Made by a program: the position numbers and the translations under genes. Positions 10,933 through 21,414 of a stretch of DNA of 64,000 nucleotides are shown one piece after another. The notes beneath the pieces are model-generated. The model saw only the letters and a program-made list of their open reading frames with translations. It ran no database searches and was not told the origin of the DNA. The first letter of the stretch is position 1, and every line of letters starts with the position of its first letter. This DNA comes from Bdellovibrionales bacterium (GTDB lineage Bacteria; Bdellovibrionota; Bdellovibrionia; Bdellovibrionales; UBA1609): NCBI GenBank assembly GCA_965219095.1, contig CBDCMT010000001.1:256001-320000 (forward strand). Reading direction: 5' to 3'.

Positions 10933-11432
10933 TCTTAAGTCATATTGTCGCATGCTCTGAAAATTATGTTATAGGAAATAAAGGGAAACTTCCTTGGCAC
11001 ATACCAGAGGACTATAGATTTTTCAAACAAACAACACAAGGTCATACAATCATCATGGGAAGGAAAACCTATGAAAGTCTTGGAAAACCTTTACCTAACA
11101 GACGTCACATTGTCATTACAAAATCAAAAGACTTTATTAAAAAAGTAGATAAAAAGACCCTTGTTGTCTCTTCTGTTAAAGCCTCTATAGAAGTTGCAAA
11201 AAAATATAGCTTCTCTAAAAAAGAGGAAGTTTTTATCATAGGAGGAGGTGAAATCTATTATCAGACTCTCGATCTTGTGGATAGAATTTATCTTACACTA
11301 ATTCATGAAACTTACCCTGGAGACACATTCTATCCAAAATTTGATAAAAAACTTTTTAAAGAACGTTCCAGGAAGCTAAGAAATGAAAAAAAACCTTTCT
11401 TTACCTACTATTTATACGAACGTTTTCGATAA
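10929..11432 (+). CDS. folA: Dihydrofolate reductase
   Basis: VIG...[35 protein letters not shown]; 4-bp overlap with thyA (TTG start). Confidence 0.97.
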   Translation: MILSHIVACSENYVIGNKGKLPWHIPEDYRFFKQTTQGHTIIMGRKTYESLGKPLPNRRHIVITKSKDFIKKVDKKTLVVSSVKASIEVAKKYSFSKKEEVFIIGGGEIYYQTLDLVDRIYLTLIHETYPGDTFYPKFDKKLFKERSRKLRNEKKPFFTYYLYERFR

Positions 11433-11530
11433 AGATTAATTTTTTAAACCTTTCTATTAATCTAGATTCTTTTTTGTCAAACCTATAGTTAATAATTTCA
11501 CCATTATTGAATCTTTCGCATAAATCATCT

Positions 11531-11559
11531 TGCTCATCTTATGTCACATAAGATGAGCA
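11531..11559. repeat. Perfect 14-bp inverted repeat with 1-nt spacer
   Basis: TGCTCATCTTATGT-C-ACATAAGATGAGCA, about 100 bp downstream of folA. Confidence 0.8.
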
Positions 11560-11610
11560 TCACTTTAAAAACCTTTGAAAGAAAGCCAAGTCCATCTATC
11601 AATCAACATA

Positions 11611-14160
11611 TAGTGCTTCCGCTTAGGTTTTCAGTTTTTTTTGAGTTGAGGTCTAGTTTTTATTCTAAGGCCTTGATAAAAAGTCATTTATTTTTAAAAA
11701 TAGTTTCATATGTCAGGGTTTCTATCAAAAAAAGAGCGAAAAGATTTACTCTATGAACTATCTCTAGAGAAAAATATTAAATACGTAAAAAGGATTATGA
11801 CAATTCTCCATTTAGATAAAGGTGAGTTGTGTAAAGATATTTCCCGTTTTCTTTTCATTGATGAGGGCACGATAAGAGCCTGTAGAGATCGTTATAACAA
11901 AGGAGGGATAGAGTGCTTAATCAACGACAATTACAACCTAAAAGGTCCTTTTTAACTAAGAAAGAGGAGAAAATGCTTTTAAAGGAGTTAAAAAAAAGAA
12001 TTTTTCCGTCATCACAGTCTGTTATTCAGTTCATTGAGGAGAATTTTGGTGTTATACCATTTCCAAAAATTAATTCGACATTTTTTTAACTCATTGCGTC
12101 CTGGCTTTTTGATAAAACTCTGTTAAATTTTTAGAGTCATGTCGAAAAAAGATTTAGTTACACAGATTCAAGGGTATAATTTTCTGGCTACTTACAAAGT
12201 GGAAAGAAGTGCCAACATCAAGACAAAATTATTGGCTTTGCAGCATATGCAAGAAGGAAAATCGATTCAAGAAACAGCAGGTATGGTTTTGTATCACCGT
12301 CACAGTATCAAATCCTGGTTACAGTCTTTTTTTGTAGACTTTGATTACGAGGGATTGATAGATCGAGAAGGCAGAGGACGCAAGCCTCGTTTGCCAGTGA
12401 CAGAAGAGGAGAGGTTCAAAATCAAGTTAGATGAAATTCAAGACAAAAGAGAGGGAGGAAGCATAGGAGCAAAGGAAATACAGAAACTTTTAGCAGATGA
12501 ATTTGACTGTTGCTATTCTCTTTCTGGGGTTTATGTTTCTTTAGACCGCCTTAATATTGTATGGATCAGTGGTCGTTCTCTTCATCCTAAAAGTTCACAA
12601 GAAGCTATGGAACAGTTTAAGGAACATTTTCCAGAAGAGGTGGAGAAAATAAAGGAAAAGATTCAGACTAATAAAATAGAGATTTGGTGGCAGGATGAAT
12701 GCAGAATAAGCTCAGCAAGGTTCTTTGAGTAGGATTTGGGCAAGAAAAGGCACACGGCCTAGAGTTGTGAGGCAAAGACAATTTTTATCCACTTATATTT
12801 TTGGAGCAGTTTGTCCGGATAGAGATAAAGGCTGTGCTTGGATCTTACCGGAATGTAATTCAGGGATGATGCAAATTCACTTAGATGAGATATCTAAAAA
12901 TATTCAAGAAAACTATCATGGAATTGTTTTAATGGACAGAGCCAGTTGGCATACCACAGAGACTTTGATAGTTCCTAAGAATTTATCCCTGATGCCTTTA
13001 CCTCCTTATAGTCCAGAATTAAATCCCATGGAACAAGTCTGGCAACAATTACGAAGGATCAAATTATCGAATGCATGTTTTAAAAACTATGACCATATAG
13101 TGAATACTTGTTGTGAGGCCTGGAATACTTTTTGCGATCAGGAGGGCAGGATTAAAAAATTATGCACTCGATCTTGGGCAAAACAACAAGATGAATCAAG
13201 CTTGTAAATTAATTTGAACCTATAAATTAAATTGTTTAACTGATTTTTGTCATTTTAAATTTTACCCTCACTTTTTCACTTATTTTAACCCATCAATCGA
13301 TTCACACAACAAATAGATATACCTGAAATAAACTTATCTTATGAAAACTTAAACTCACCTTAAAAGAAGTTTTTTTAAAATCTCCTAACTGAAACTTTTC
13401 CTTAAGTCAATTTTAAAATTTTAAATTTGAACATGAAAATGTCGAATTAATTTCTGTAATTGGTATTACGTACTCAACAAGTGGTGCGATTGATCTTCTC
13501 CATCGCCTTGGTTTTTCTTATAAAAAAGCCACAGCGATACCGGGCAAAGCGAAGAGAGAAGAGCAGAAAAAGTTTGTGCGTAAATACAAGAGAATTAAGA
13601 AGAAGGGTGGTCTTGTTTACTTTGCTGATTCCACACATCCTGAGTGGAGCCCTACGATTTCATATGGTTGGATAAGAGAGGATAAGAAGTTTGAAGTGAA
13701 GACCAATTCAGGCTGGAGAAAAAGAGTGAATGTTTGTGGAGCTATTGAGATCAATAGTTTGAAGACGGTAGTCAGGAGTTATAAGACAGTTAACCATGTT
13801 TCCATATGTGATATGCTCTATCATATTCATTAAGAAGTATTCCGATGAAAAAGAGATTCATCTTATCTTAGATGGGGCCGGATACAATAGATCGAAGTCT
13901 GTCAAGAAGTTAGCGAAAGAGTTGAATATAAAACTTGTTTATCTTCCTCCGTACTCACCGAATTTAAATCCTATAGAAAGGCTTTGGAAGTTTATGAAAA
14001 AAGAGGTCACGGCGAATCGATATTATGAAAACTATGACGATTTCAAGGGAAGTTTAAGTCAATTTTTTAGAGGAATACGAAAACACAGGCCTAAATTAGA
14101 AACTTTGATAACTGATAACTTCTCTATCTTAGGAACCTGAAAACCTAAACGGAAGCACTA
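11611..14160 (+). mobile_element. IS630-family element type B, copy 1 (frameshifted; interrupted by IS630-A copy 2)
   Basis: TIRs TAGTGCTTCCGCTTAGGTTTTC / GAAAACCTAAACGGAAGCACTA with TA flanks; tnp fragments 11710-11955, 13576-13833, 13796-14140. Confidence 0.93.
12055..13465 (+). mobile_element. IS630-family element type A, copy 2 (frameshifted), nested in IS630-B
   Basis: Same TIRs as copy 1; TTA duplicated at 12052-54 and 13466-68 relative to the empty site ggtgttacgtac at ~14601. Confidence 0.95.
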
Positions 14161-14162
14161 TA

Positions 14163-15298
14163 TAGTGCTTCCGCTTAGGTTTTCCGTTTTTTTTGAGTTG
14201 AGGTCTAGTTTTTATTCTAAGGCCTTGATAAAAAGTCATTTATTTTTAAAAATAGTTTCATATGTCAGGGTTTCTATCAAAAAAAGAGCGAAAAGATTTA
14301 CTCTATGAACTATCTTTAGAAAGAAATCTTAGGTACGGAAAAAGGATTATGACAATTCTCCATTTAGATAAAGGTGAGTTGTGTAAAGATATTTCCCGTT
14401 TTCTTTTCATTGATGAGGGCACGATAAGAGCCTGTAGAGATCGTTATAACAAAGGCGGGATAGAGTGCTTAATCAACGACAATTACAACCCTAAAAGGTC
14501 CTTTTTAACTAAGAAAGAGGAGAAAATGCTTTTAAAGGAGTTAGAAAAAAGAATTTTTCCGTCATCACAGTCTGTTATTCAGTTCATTGAGGAGAATTTT
14601 GGTGTTACGTACTCAACAAGTGGTGCGATTGATCTTCTCCATCGCCTTGGTTTTTCTTATAAAAAAGCCACAGCGATACCGGGTAAGGCAAAGAGAGAAG
14701 AGCAGAAAAAGTTTGTGCGTAAATACAAGAGAATTAAGAAGAAAGACGGTCCTGTTTACTTTGCTGATTCCACACATCCTGAGTGGGGCCCTACGATTTC
14801 ATATGGTTGGATAAGAGAGGGTAAGAAGTTTGAAGTGAAGACCAATTCAGGCTGGAGAAAAAGAGTGAATGTTTGTGGAGCTATTGAGATCAATAGTTTG
14901 AAGACGGTAGTCAGGAGTTATAAGACAGTTAACCATGTTTCCATATGTGATATGCTCCATCATATTCGCAAGAAGCATCCCGATGAAAAAGAGATTCATC
15001 TTATCTTAGATGGGGCCGGATACAATAGATCGAAGTCTGTCAAGAAGTTAGCGAAAGAGTTGAATATAAAACTTGTTTATCTTCCTCCGTACTCACCGAA
15101 TTTAAATCCTATAGAAAGACTTTGGAAGTTTATGAAAAAAGAGGTCACGGCGAATCGATATTATGAAAACTATGACGATTTCAAGGGAAGTTTAAGTCAA
15201 TTTTTTAGAGGAATACGAAAACACAGATCTAAATTAGAAACTTTGATAACTGATAACTTCTCCATCTTAGGAACCTGAAAACCTAAACGAAAGCACTA
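14163..15298 (+). mobile_element. IS630-family element type B, copy 2 (intact, 1136 bp), head-to-tail with copy 1
   Basis: TIRs; TA at 14161-62 and 15299-300. Confidence 0.95.
14262..15278 (+). CDS. IS630 transposase, 338 aa, intact
   Basis: HTH region, FADSTHP, ILDGAGYN, LPPYSPNLNPIERLW (DDE_3). Confidence 0.95.
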   Translation: MSGFLSKKERKDLLYELSLERNLRYGKRIMTILHLDKGELCKDISRFLFIDEGTIRACRDRYNKGGIECLINDNYNPKRSFLTKKEEKMLLKELEKRIFPSSQSVIQFIEENFGVTYSTSGAIDLLHRLGFSYKKATAIPGKAKREEQKKFVRKYKRIKKKDGPVYFADSTHPEWGPTISYGWIREGKKFEVKTNSGWRKRVNVCGAIEINSLKTVVRSYKTVNHVSICDMLHHIRKKHPDEKEIHLILDGAGYNRSKSVKKLAKELNIKLVYLPPYSPNLNPIERLWKFMKKEVTANRYYENYDDFKGSLSQFFRGIRKHRSKLETLITDNFSILGT

Positions 15299-15800
15299 TA
15301 TACTTTAAAACAAGCCTTTACACGAATGGTTTGAACTGTTGTGTGTTTTAGAGAATCAGAGGGAAAGCCTAAGTGCTGTCACTGTATAAGTTTTTGGCCT
15401 TAAGAAATGTTGTAAAGGTTTAAAAAAATACAGACAAACACTTTCAGAAAGAACTAAATCTTTAAGGCCCATCATCATCGGCATATGATAAAAAACTAAG
15501 CCAACCTTTGATTCACAGTCTACACGTCTATGACTCTTGCTAAAAACAAATTTCTGAAGTGCAATCAGTACAAATTGCAATACTTCTAAAGTGTCTAGTC
15601 TTACAAAAAATTTTCCATTTGATGTCTAGCTTTAAAACCTTGGCGTCAAACTCTTTATTGAACTTTCTATTGCATGAAAACTCTCTTGGTATTATCAAAT
15701 TTTTCTTATCCACTTTACCCATTCAATACGTCTAAAGGCTTGAAAAGCCCCAATCAAATGAAGGAACTCTCTAAAAGTTTTTCTTGAAGTTTTTAGCAAT

Positions 15801-16193
15801 TTACCATTCATGAGGTTTCCTAAAAGTCCCTCTATGATCAGAAAGAGTGTCTGAGAATTGATTATCCTTTAAATTCTCTTTTTTTATTTCAAGAGTAAAA
15901 AAGTTTGAAGCTCTAATTAGTTTTTCTGATTTCTTTTTATAAGGACTTATAATACCTATCTTTTTTTGAAACTTAGTGACTACCATTTCTATAGGTGTAA
16001 AAAAGTCTGAATCATTAGAGACAACCACTGCACAATCATATTTATTCAAAAATGCATCTAATAAAAGATGTGATGCTAAATTAACATCTGAGCCTTTTTC
16101 TTCTGTTTTAAGTGCTGAAACTTTCTTTGAAGAATCAGATTCTAATGGTAACTTTTTTGGATGATTTAGAAAGTATCCCTTATAAATAAAAAC
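15801..16193 (-). pseudogene. NYN/LabA (DUF88) PIN-like domain protein, 5'-truncated
   Basis: Frame extends upstream of the called ORF: EEKGSDVNLASHLLLDAF...AVVVSNDSDF; N-terminus lost at the IS junction. Confidence 0.8.
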
Positions 16194-16197
16194 TTAC

Positions 16198-16213
16198 GAG
16201 AGTGAGCAGTTAC
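16198..16213 (-). mobile_element. IS66 (ISBst12-like) terminus relic
   Basis: Reverse complement GTAACTGCTCACTC also at 43549; GTAA-type end. Confidence 0.45.
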
Positions 16214-16754
16214 CTTTTAGAATGAAAAGAGCGACCACTGATCCATACAATATTAAGGCGGTCTAAAGAAACATAAACCCCAGAAAGAGAATAGCAACTA
16301 TCACAATTCATCTGCTAAAAGTTCCTGTATTCCCTTTGCTCCTATGCTTCCTCCTTCTCTTTTGTCTTGAATTTCATCTAACTTGATTTTGAACCTCTCT
16401 TCTTCTGTCACTGGCAAATAAGGCTTGCGTCCTCTGCCTTCTCGATCTATCAATCCCTCGTAATCAAAGTCTACAAAAAAAGACTGTAACCAAGATTTGA
16501 TACTGTGACGGTGATACAAAACTATACCTGCTGTTTCTTGAATCGATTTTCCGTCTTGCATATGCTGCAAAGCTTGGAGTTTTATCTTGATATTGGGATT
16601 TCTTTCCACTTTGTAAGTAGCCAGAAAATCATACCCTTAGAATCTGTGTAACTAAATCTTTTTTCGACATGACTCTAAAAATTTAACAGAGTTTGATCAA
16701 AAAGCCAGGACGCAGTGAGTTAAAAAAATGTTGAATTAATTTCTGTAATTGGTA
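16214..16754 (-). mobile_element. IS630-A partial copy (left end plus 5' tnp)
   Basis: Homologous to 12055-12590; TIR ending ..GTAATTGGTA followed by TTA of an IS1634 sequence. Confidence 0.88.
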
Positions 16755-17062
16755 TTACACAATGGTTTATAAACTCAAACAAGCAGGACTTAATTTAAGC
16801 TTTGAAAGAATGAGAAAGATCTTAAAAAGAGATCAGTACAGTATTTTAAAAGAAAAAAAGACGAAAAAACTTTATCGTCTTCCATCAGGTTGTACAAAGG
16901 AAGTAGAAGAAATTTACAGTGCTTTTTCGCTTAAAAGAGACTCTTCTATGAGACTCATTCCCACAACATCTATCGACCTTTAAAAAACCCTTTCCTGTGG
17001 CCCCAAAAATTATAACTATTTGAAATTATTCACTTATTGCAGTGTGTTGTATCGAAGTCAGG
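16755..17062 (+). mobile_element. IS1634-A right-end fragment
   Basis: Near-identical to 46677-46993; ends GTGTGTTGTATCGAAGTCAGG. Confidence 0.88.
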
Positions 17063-17217
17063 ATGAAATGGCTTAAAAGGCCTGTACGCCTTCTTGAAAA
17101 CTACTGTTTTGTTTAAGTTATGAAAAAATATTTAACCCTCTATAGTAGAAAGTAACAGGAATAAAGATCATACAGCATAAAAATCCTAGGCTTTTATCAA
17201 TTTTTCACGTTCGACTA
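17063..17217 (+). mobile_element. IS5 right-end fragment
   Basis: Reverse complement of 32793-32946; ends TTTTTCACGTTCGACTA. Confidence 0.85.
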
Positions 17218-17463
17218 TCTAACTGAAAATTCACAAAGTTACTCAACAGATCCAACAACAGAGTTCAAATTGAATTGTACGTCTGTTAAACAGATTCTCT
17301 AAGCTATAGTCCAGCTTCTTTCAGAGATTTTTAGCACAACTAAAAAACTCTATGAAATTTTCTAAGAAAGAAGATTTTCATTCTCTACCTATGTCTCATA
17401 ATGGGATAGTAGGTAGAGAGTTTATTGCCATACATAGTCTTTTAAGGATATTCTTGAAATAGA

Positions 17464-18192
17464 GTGTATAAGCATTTGCATGTCTTTATAAAAAGACTTT
17501 TTTTCTCCTCATTTTTTTTATTTGGTTTTTTTAGCGAAGCCAGAATCTTTCGCAGTAATTATGTAAGTTTTCAACTTCCTGACAACTGGTCTTGTAAAAA
17601 AGACCTCGCCACTTACGTCTGCCAAAATAAGACCGATAAAAACAAGAAAAAAGAAGCTGTTATTATTATTTTAGCAAAAGAAGCAGGGAAAGAGGATGGA
17701 ATCAAACAGTATATAGAACGCCTGAAAAATCCTATGAAAAACAATTCAATACAAAAAATTTCTACAGTAGAAAGTTTTACTGATAAAAAGATTCTAAAGG
17801 GGCACAGATGGGTTGATAGTCTTCATTATCAAGGGGCTTTGCCTCAACATTACACACGCTACCTTGTCACAGTAAAACAACAACTAGCTATTTTAATCAG
17901 CTTTACAGCCCATAAAGATTATTTTGTAAAATACAGTGAGGATTTTAAAAAAGCCATCAACAGCCTCAAATTGATTGCTCCTAAAAATTACCTTCAGTTG
18001 GCTCAATTAAGAAAGGGAAAAAATAAAGGTTCCATTATTGGAAATATTTCCAATAAAGATTTTTTCTCAACAGTTAAAAACCCTAAAGTGGCAAAAAAAA
18101 ATCATTTAGGCTTATTAGCAATTTTGTTTTTCATTTTCTTTCCTTTGATTTTTTGGTTTATTTTTCTAAGAAAGAAGAAGAGAAAAATTTAA
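17464..18192 (+). CDS. Hypothetical exported protein with C-terminal membrane anchor
   Basis: Signal-like N-terminus (..FLFGFFSEA|R), paired Cys, C-terminal hydrophobic helix plus RKKKRK tail. Confidence 0.7.
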   Translation: MYKHLHVFIKRLFFSSFFLFGFFSEARIFRSNYVSFQLPDNWSCKKDLATYVCQNKTDKNKKKEAVIIILAKEAGKEDGIKQYIERLKNPMKNNSIQKISTVESFTDKKILKGHRWVDSLHYQGALPQHYTRYLVTVKQQLAILISFTAHKDYFVKYSEDFKKAINSLKLIAPKNYLQLAQLRKGKNKGSIIGNISNKDFFSTVKNPKVAKKNHLGLLAILFFIFFPLIFWFIFLRKKKRKI

Positions 18193-18860
18193 CGAACAGC
18201 TAAACAAGATTCTCTTTTTTTAGAAAAACCTTTTCTTTTGTTCCATCGAAAACCTTTATGAAGAAGGGTTTTTTTCAAAGAAGAACAGGCTGCGTAACTA
18301 CTAAAAACACATCTTTTAAGACAAGCTTTATCTATGAAGCTCTTTAAAAACTCTTCCTCCCAAAGATCTTTTTGATTTTTAGAGCTAAAGGGATCGTAAA
18401 ATACAACAGACGCTTTTTTATGAAAAAAACTTCCTCTATGAAGAGTCCCCCGTAATTTTAACTTTCCTTTACTGTTAAGTCTTTTTTTGATAAGTTCTCT
18501 TGAGATCTTAAAATAAGTGGCCACTAAATTTAAGATACTATCATAAGGTTCTAAGTCTTCAGAAAGCCATCTTTGAAATTGAACCCTTAGAAACGAATCT
18601 TTTTCGAAGCTCAAGCAGACAAAGTCATTGACAGTAGCTGCTAAAATCATTTCATTATAGCCTAAGCCTAAACCAACAGAAAGGTAAGAAGGTTTAAGCC
18701 CTAACTTCCTAGCCTCCTTAATTGCACTATAGTAAACATAAAGACTTTCTGAAAAAGCCCCTCTTTTGTTGTGCATGGATTCTTGAAAGCCTGTTGGAAA
18801 GCTCACATTGTAGGAAGGGCTGTGATCGAGAGTTTGAATAAGGCGTTTAGCTTCTTTCAT
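18189..18860 (-). CDS. Stand-alone MnmC/MnmD-like SAM-dependent tRNA methyltransferase domain
   Basis: T.D.S...ESMH...GAFSES.YVY, VGLGLGYN, VFYDPFS...DLW, G..KKRE; ATG 18860 preferred because it avoids overlap. Confidence 0.75.
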   Translation of the reverse strand: MKEAKRLIQTLDHSPSYNVSFPTGFQESMHNKRGAFSESLYVYYSAIKEARKLGLKPSYLSVGLGLGYNEMILAATVNDFVCLSFEKDSFLRVQFQRWLSEDLEPYDSILNLVATYFKISRELIKKRLNSKGKLKLRGTLHRGSFFHKKASVVFYDPFSSKNQKDLWEEEFLKSFIDKACLKRCVFSSYAACSSLKKTLLHKGFRWNKRKGFSKKRESCLAVR

Positions 18861-18893
18861 GACATTTCTCTTTTTTTGTTTTATACCATTTTT

Positions 18894-19844
18894 ATGAATT
18901 GGCAAGGTTTACCTTATTACCCTATTAATCAATTTTATAAATCTTTTTTTAACCAGAAGGTGTACAAAATTCCTGTGAGCCTTTCTGAATCCTGTCCTAA
19001 TAGAGAAGGAATAAGGGGTATGAAAACTTGTATTTTTTGTGATGAATGGGGTTCCGCAGCTTACCCAGAAAACCAGAAAGAGGATCTAGAGGTTCAAATT
19101 GAAAAGAACAAAAGCACTGTGGGAAAGAGGTCTAAGGCTAAGAAGTTTTTAGTGTACTTTCAAGCTTATACAAACTCCTTTATGAAAGTTAACCATTTAA
19201 GAGAGGCCTTTAAAAAAGCTCTCAAACAGAAAAGTGTGTGTGGCTTAGTGGTAGGAACACGACCTGACTGTCTTTCTAAAGCTGTCTTAGATCTTTGGTA
19301 TGAGTTCAGTCAGAAAACAGCACTTTTTGTAGAATTAGGAGTGCAAAGTTTTGATGATAAACAACTCAAATGGATGGAAAGAGGGCACGACACAAAAACA
19401 TCTTTACGTGCCATTTCGAGAATTAGAAAGGTTTGTCCTGAAGTGAACCTAGGTGTTCATCTTATTTTTGGCTTGCCTAATGAAACAGAGTTGCAGGTTA
19501 AGAAAACAGCCCATCTTTGTTCTGAACTTGTTTTAGATAACGTCAAACTTCATAACCTCCATGTTCTAAAAAACACACCTCTTGCACACCTCTTTTACAG
19601 AGGAGAATTTGTCCCTTTAAGTTTTGAAAAATATGCCAGAAAAGTTATGATCTTCTTACAATACCTCTCAGCCGATATCCCTGTACACAGACTTGTAGCA
19701 GGGGCCCACAACAACGAACAACTCATAGCCCCTCAGTGGGTGGGATATAAAATGAAAAGCTATCAGTCTATGGTGGATTACTTGCATATCCATAAAGCCT
19801 ATCAAGGACAAAAATCCTTTTTTTCCCAAAAAGAGTTATCATGA
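18894..19844 (+). CDS. TIGR01212-family radical SAM protein (YhcC/YtqA=MnmL-like)
   Basis: SCPNREG...CIFC, YFQAYTN, GTRPDCL, VELGVQS, RGH, HLIFGLP, VKLHNLHVLK.T; ATG 18894. Confidence 0.9.
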   Translation: MNWQGLPYYPINQFYKSFFNQKVYKIPVSLSESCPNREGIRGMKTCIFCDEWGSAAYPENQKEDLEVQIEKNKSTVGKRSKAKKFLVYFQAYTNSFMKVNHLREAFKKALKQKSVCGLVVGTRPDCLSKAVLDLWYEFSQKTALFVELGVQSFDDKQLKWMERGHDTKTSLRAISRIRKVCPEVNLGVHLIFGLPNETELQVKKTAHLCSELVLDNVKLHNLHVLKNTPLAHLFYRGEFVPLSFEKYARKVMIFLQYLSADIPVHRLVAGAHNNEQLIAPQWVGYKMKSYQSMVDYLHIHKAYQGQKSFFSQKELS

Positions 19845-20482
19845 AAAATTCTAGAGAACAACTTATAACTATAGGAAAAATCTTTTATCAAAAAGGATTT
19901 TTAGTCGCCACAGATGGCAACTTTAGTTGTAAACTTGATGACAACACAGTCCTTATCACACCCTCTGGTAAAGCTAAGTACAATCTTAAAACTAAAGATT
20001 TAGTTCTTATAAATTTAGAAGGACAAACGATAAAAGGAGACACTCCTTCTAGTGAAATAGACCTTCACCTAGAAGTTTATAAAAACTGCCCTCAAGCTCT
20101 GTTTGTCTTTCATGCTCATCCCCCTAAAGCTATTAGTTGTTCTTTAATCTTTGAAAACAAACTTCCCTCTGAATATTTACCTGAAGTGATCCTTACTACA
20201 GGCGATATTCCTATTGTAGATTATGCTAAGCCGGGGACAAAAAGTATAGCAAAAAAACTAAAAGCTTACTTACCTGAAAAAAAAGTCCTTATACTTTCAC
20301 ACCATGGAGCTTTAACTTGGGGGGAGAACTTTGAAGAAGCCCATTACGGCATGGAGCGTTTAGAGCACTCAGCCTCCGTTCTTTTTGATAGTTTCCTTTT
20401 AGGAAAACCTAAACCTTTAAAAAAACAAGAAGTCAAATGGCTTTATGAAAAAAGAAAAGAAATAGGTCATAGAACTTTATGA
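19841..20482 (+). CDS. Class II aldolase/adducin family protein (FucA/Ald2/DrdA-like; MtnB possible)
   Basis: DGNFS, ITPSG, PSSE..LH..VY, HAHP and HHG Zn-binding motifs. Confidence 0.85.
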   Translation: MKNSREQLITIGKIFYQKGFLVATDGNFSCKLDDNTVLITPSGKAKYNLKTKDLVLINLEGQTIKGDTPSSEIDLHLEVYKNCPQALFVFHAHPPKAISCSLIFENKLPSEYLPEVILTTGDIPIVDYAKPGTKSIAKKLKAYLPEKKVLILSHHGALTWGENFEEAHYGMERLEHSASVLFDSFLLGKPKPLKKQEVKWLYEKRKEIGHRTL

Positions 20483-21414
20483 AAGATTTAAAAAGCCTCT
20501 CTCTAGAAGTTAGAGACAACAAACTGTTTTTACTAGATCAAACCAAACTTCCTTATGAAGAAATTTGGTTTCAAGTATATAACTTGAGTGATTTTGCTAC
20601 AGCTGTAAAAGAACTTAAAATAAGGGGAGCTCCTCTTATAGGACTTGCAAGTGCTATTTTTGTAGCCTTGCAAAAACAAAACTCCCCTCTTGTTTTTAAA
20701 ACTTTAAAAGAGTTACGACCCACGGCCTTTAATGTCATACATGCTATGAATCAATTGTCCGAAATACCAAAAGAAAAAATTGTAGAAACTGTGGAATCCT
20801 GGTTTGAGCAAGATTGCAAAATATGCAACCAAATAGCCTATCATGGAAAAAGCCTTGTTTCGCAAGGGGATTGTGTGCTTACTTATTGTAATACAGGAGG
20901 CTTAACCTGTGCAGGCCAAGGCACAGCTCTAGGAATCATCAAAATAGCAAGTTCTTACATTCATCATGTTTATGTTCCTGAAACACGTCCTCTTTTACAA
21001 GGAGCTCGCCTTACCACTTGGGAACTCCAAAAGCACAAAATGGACTACACTCTTATTTGCGATCATACAGTTGCCTCTCTTATGGCTTCACGCAAAATCC
21101 AAAAAATTTTTGTAGGAGCTGATCGGATTGCTAAGAATGGAGATTTTGCCAATAAAATTGGAACTTACAATTTAGCCGTATTAGCACATCATCATAAAAT
21201 ACCTTTCTATATCGCAGCGCCTTTAACAACCTACGACAGCCTTTGTGCTACAGGGGAAGACATTCCAATTGAAATTCGCCCCTCTTATGAAGTTACGCTT
21301 AACAGAATGCTCTCAGTTTATAACCCTGCTTTTGATATCACTCCTCATCCTCTGATCACCGGTTGGATTACAGAAAAGGGCATATGGGATCACAAATCAT
21401 GGCTTAAACTTTAG
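20479..21414 (+). CDS. mtnA: S-methyl-5-thioribose-1-phosphate isomerase
   Basis: LLDQTKLP, IRGAPLIG, RPTA, T.CNTG.L, ETRPLLQGARLT.WEL, VGADRIA.NGD.ANKIGT, NPAFD.TP. Confidence 0.95.
   Translation: MKDLKSLSLEVRDNKLFLLDQTKLPYEEIWFQVYNLSDFATAVKELKIRGAPLIGLASAIFVALQKQNSPLVFKTLKELRPTAFNVIHAMNQLSEIPKEKIVETVESWFEQDCKICNQIAYHGKSLVSQGDCVLTYCNTGGLTCAGQGTALGIIKIASSYIHHVYVPETRPLLQGARLTTWELQKHKMDYTLICDHTVASLMASRKIQKIFVGADRIAKNGDFANKIGTYNLAVLAHHHKIPFYIAAPLTTYDSLCATGEDIPIEIRPSYEVTLNRMLSVYNPAFDITPHPLITGWITEKGIWDHKSWLKL

Noticed and set aside
12700..12735. Programmed frameshift in the IS630-A transposase
   Set aside because: No slippery heptamer at the site, and copy 3 is a continuous 354-aa ORF; it is a mutation
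15301..15722. Two short minus-strand ORFs, one with CxxC
   Set aside because: No recognisable family in the frames I translated; left unannotated
18771..18905. Overlapping 5' ends of the radical SAM and methyltransferase ORFs
   Set aside because: Artefact of longest-ORF calling; family motifs begin after ATG 18894 and ATG 18860
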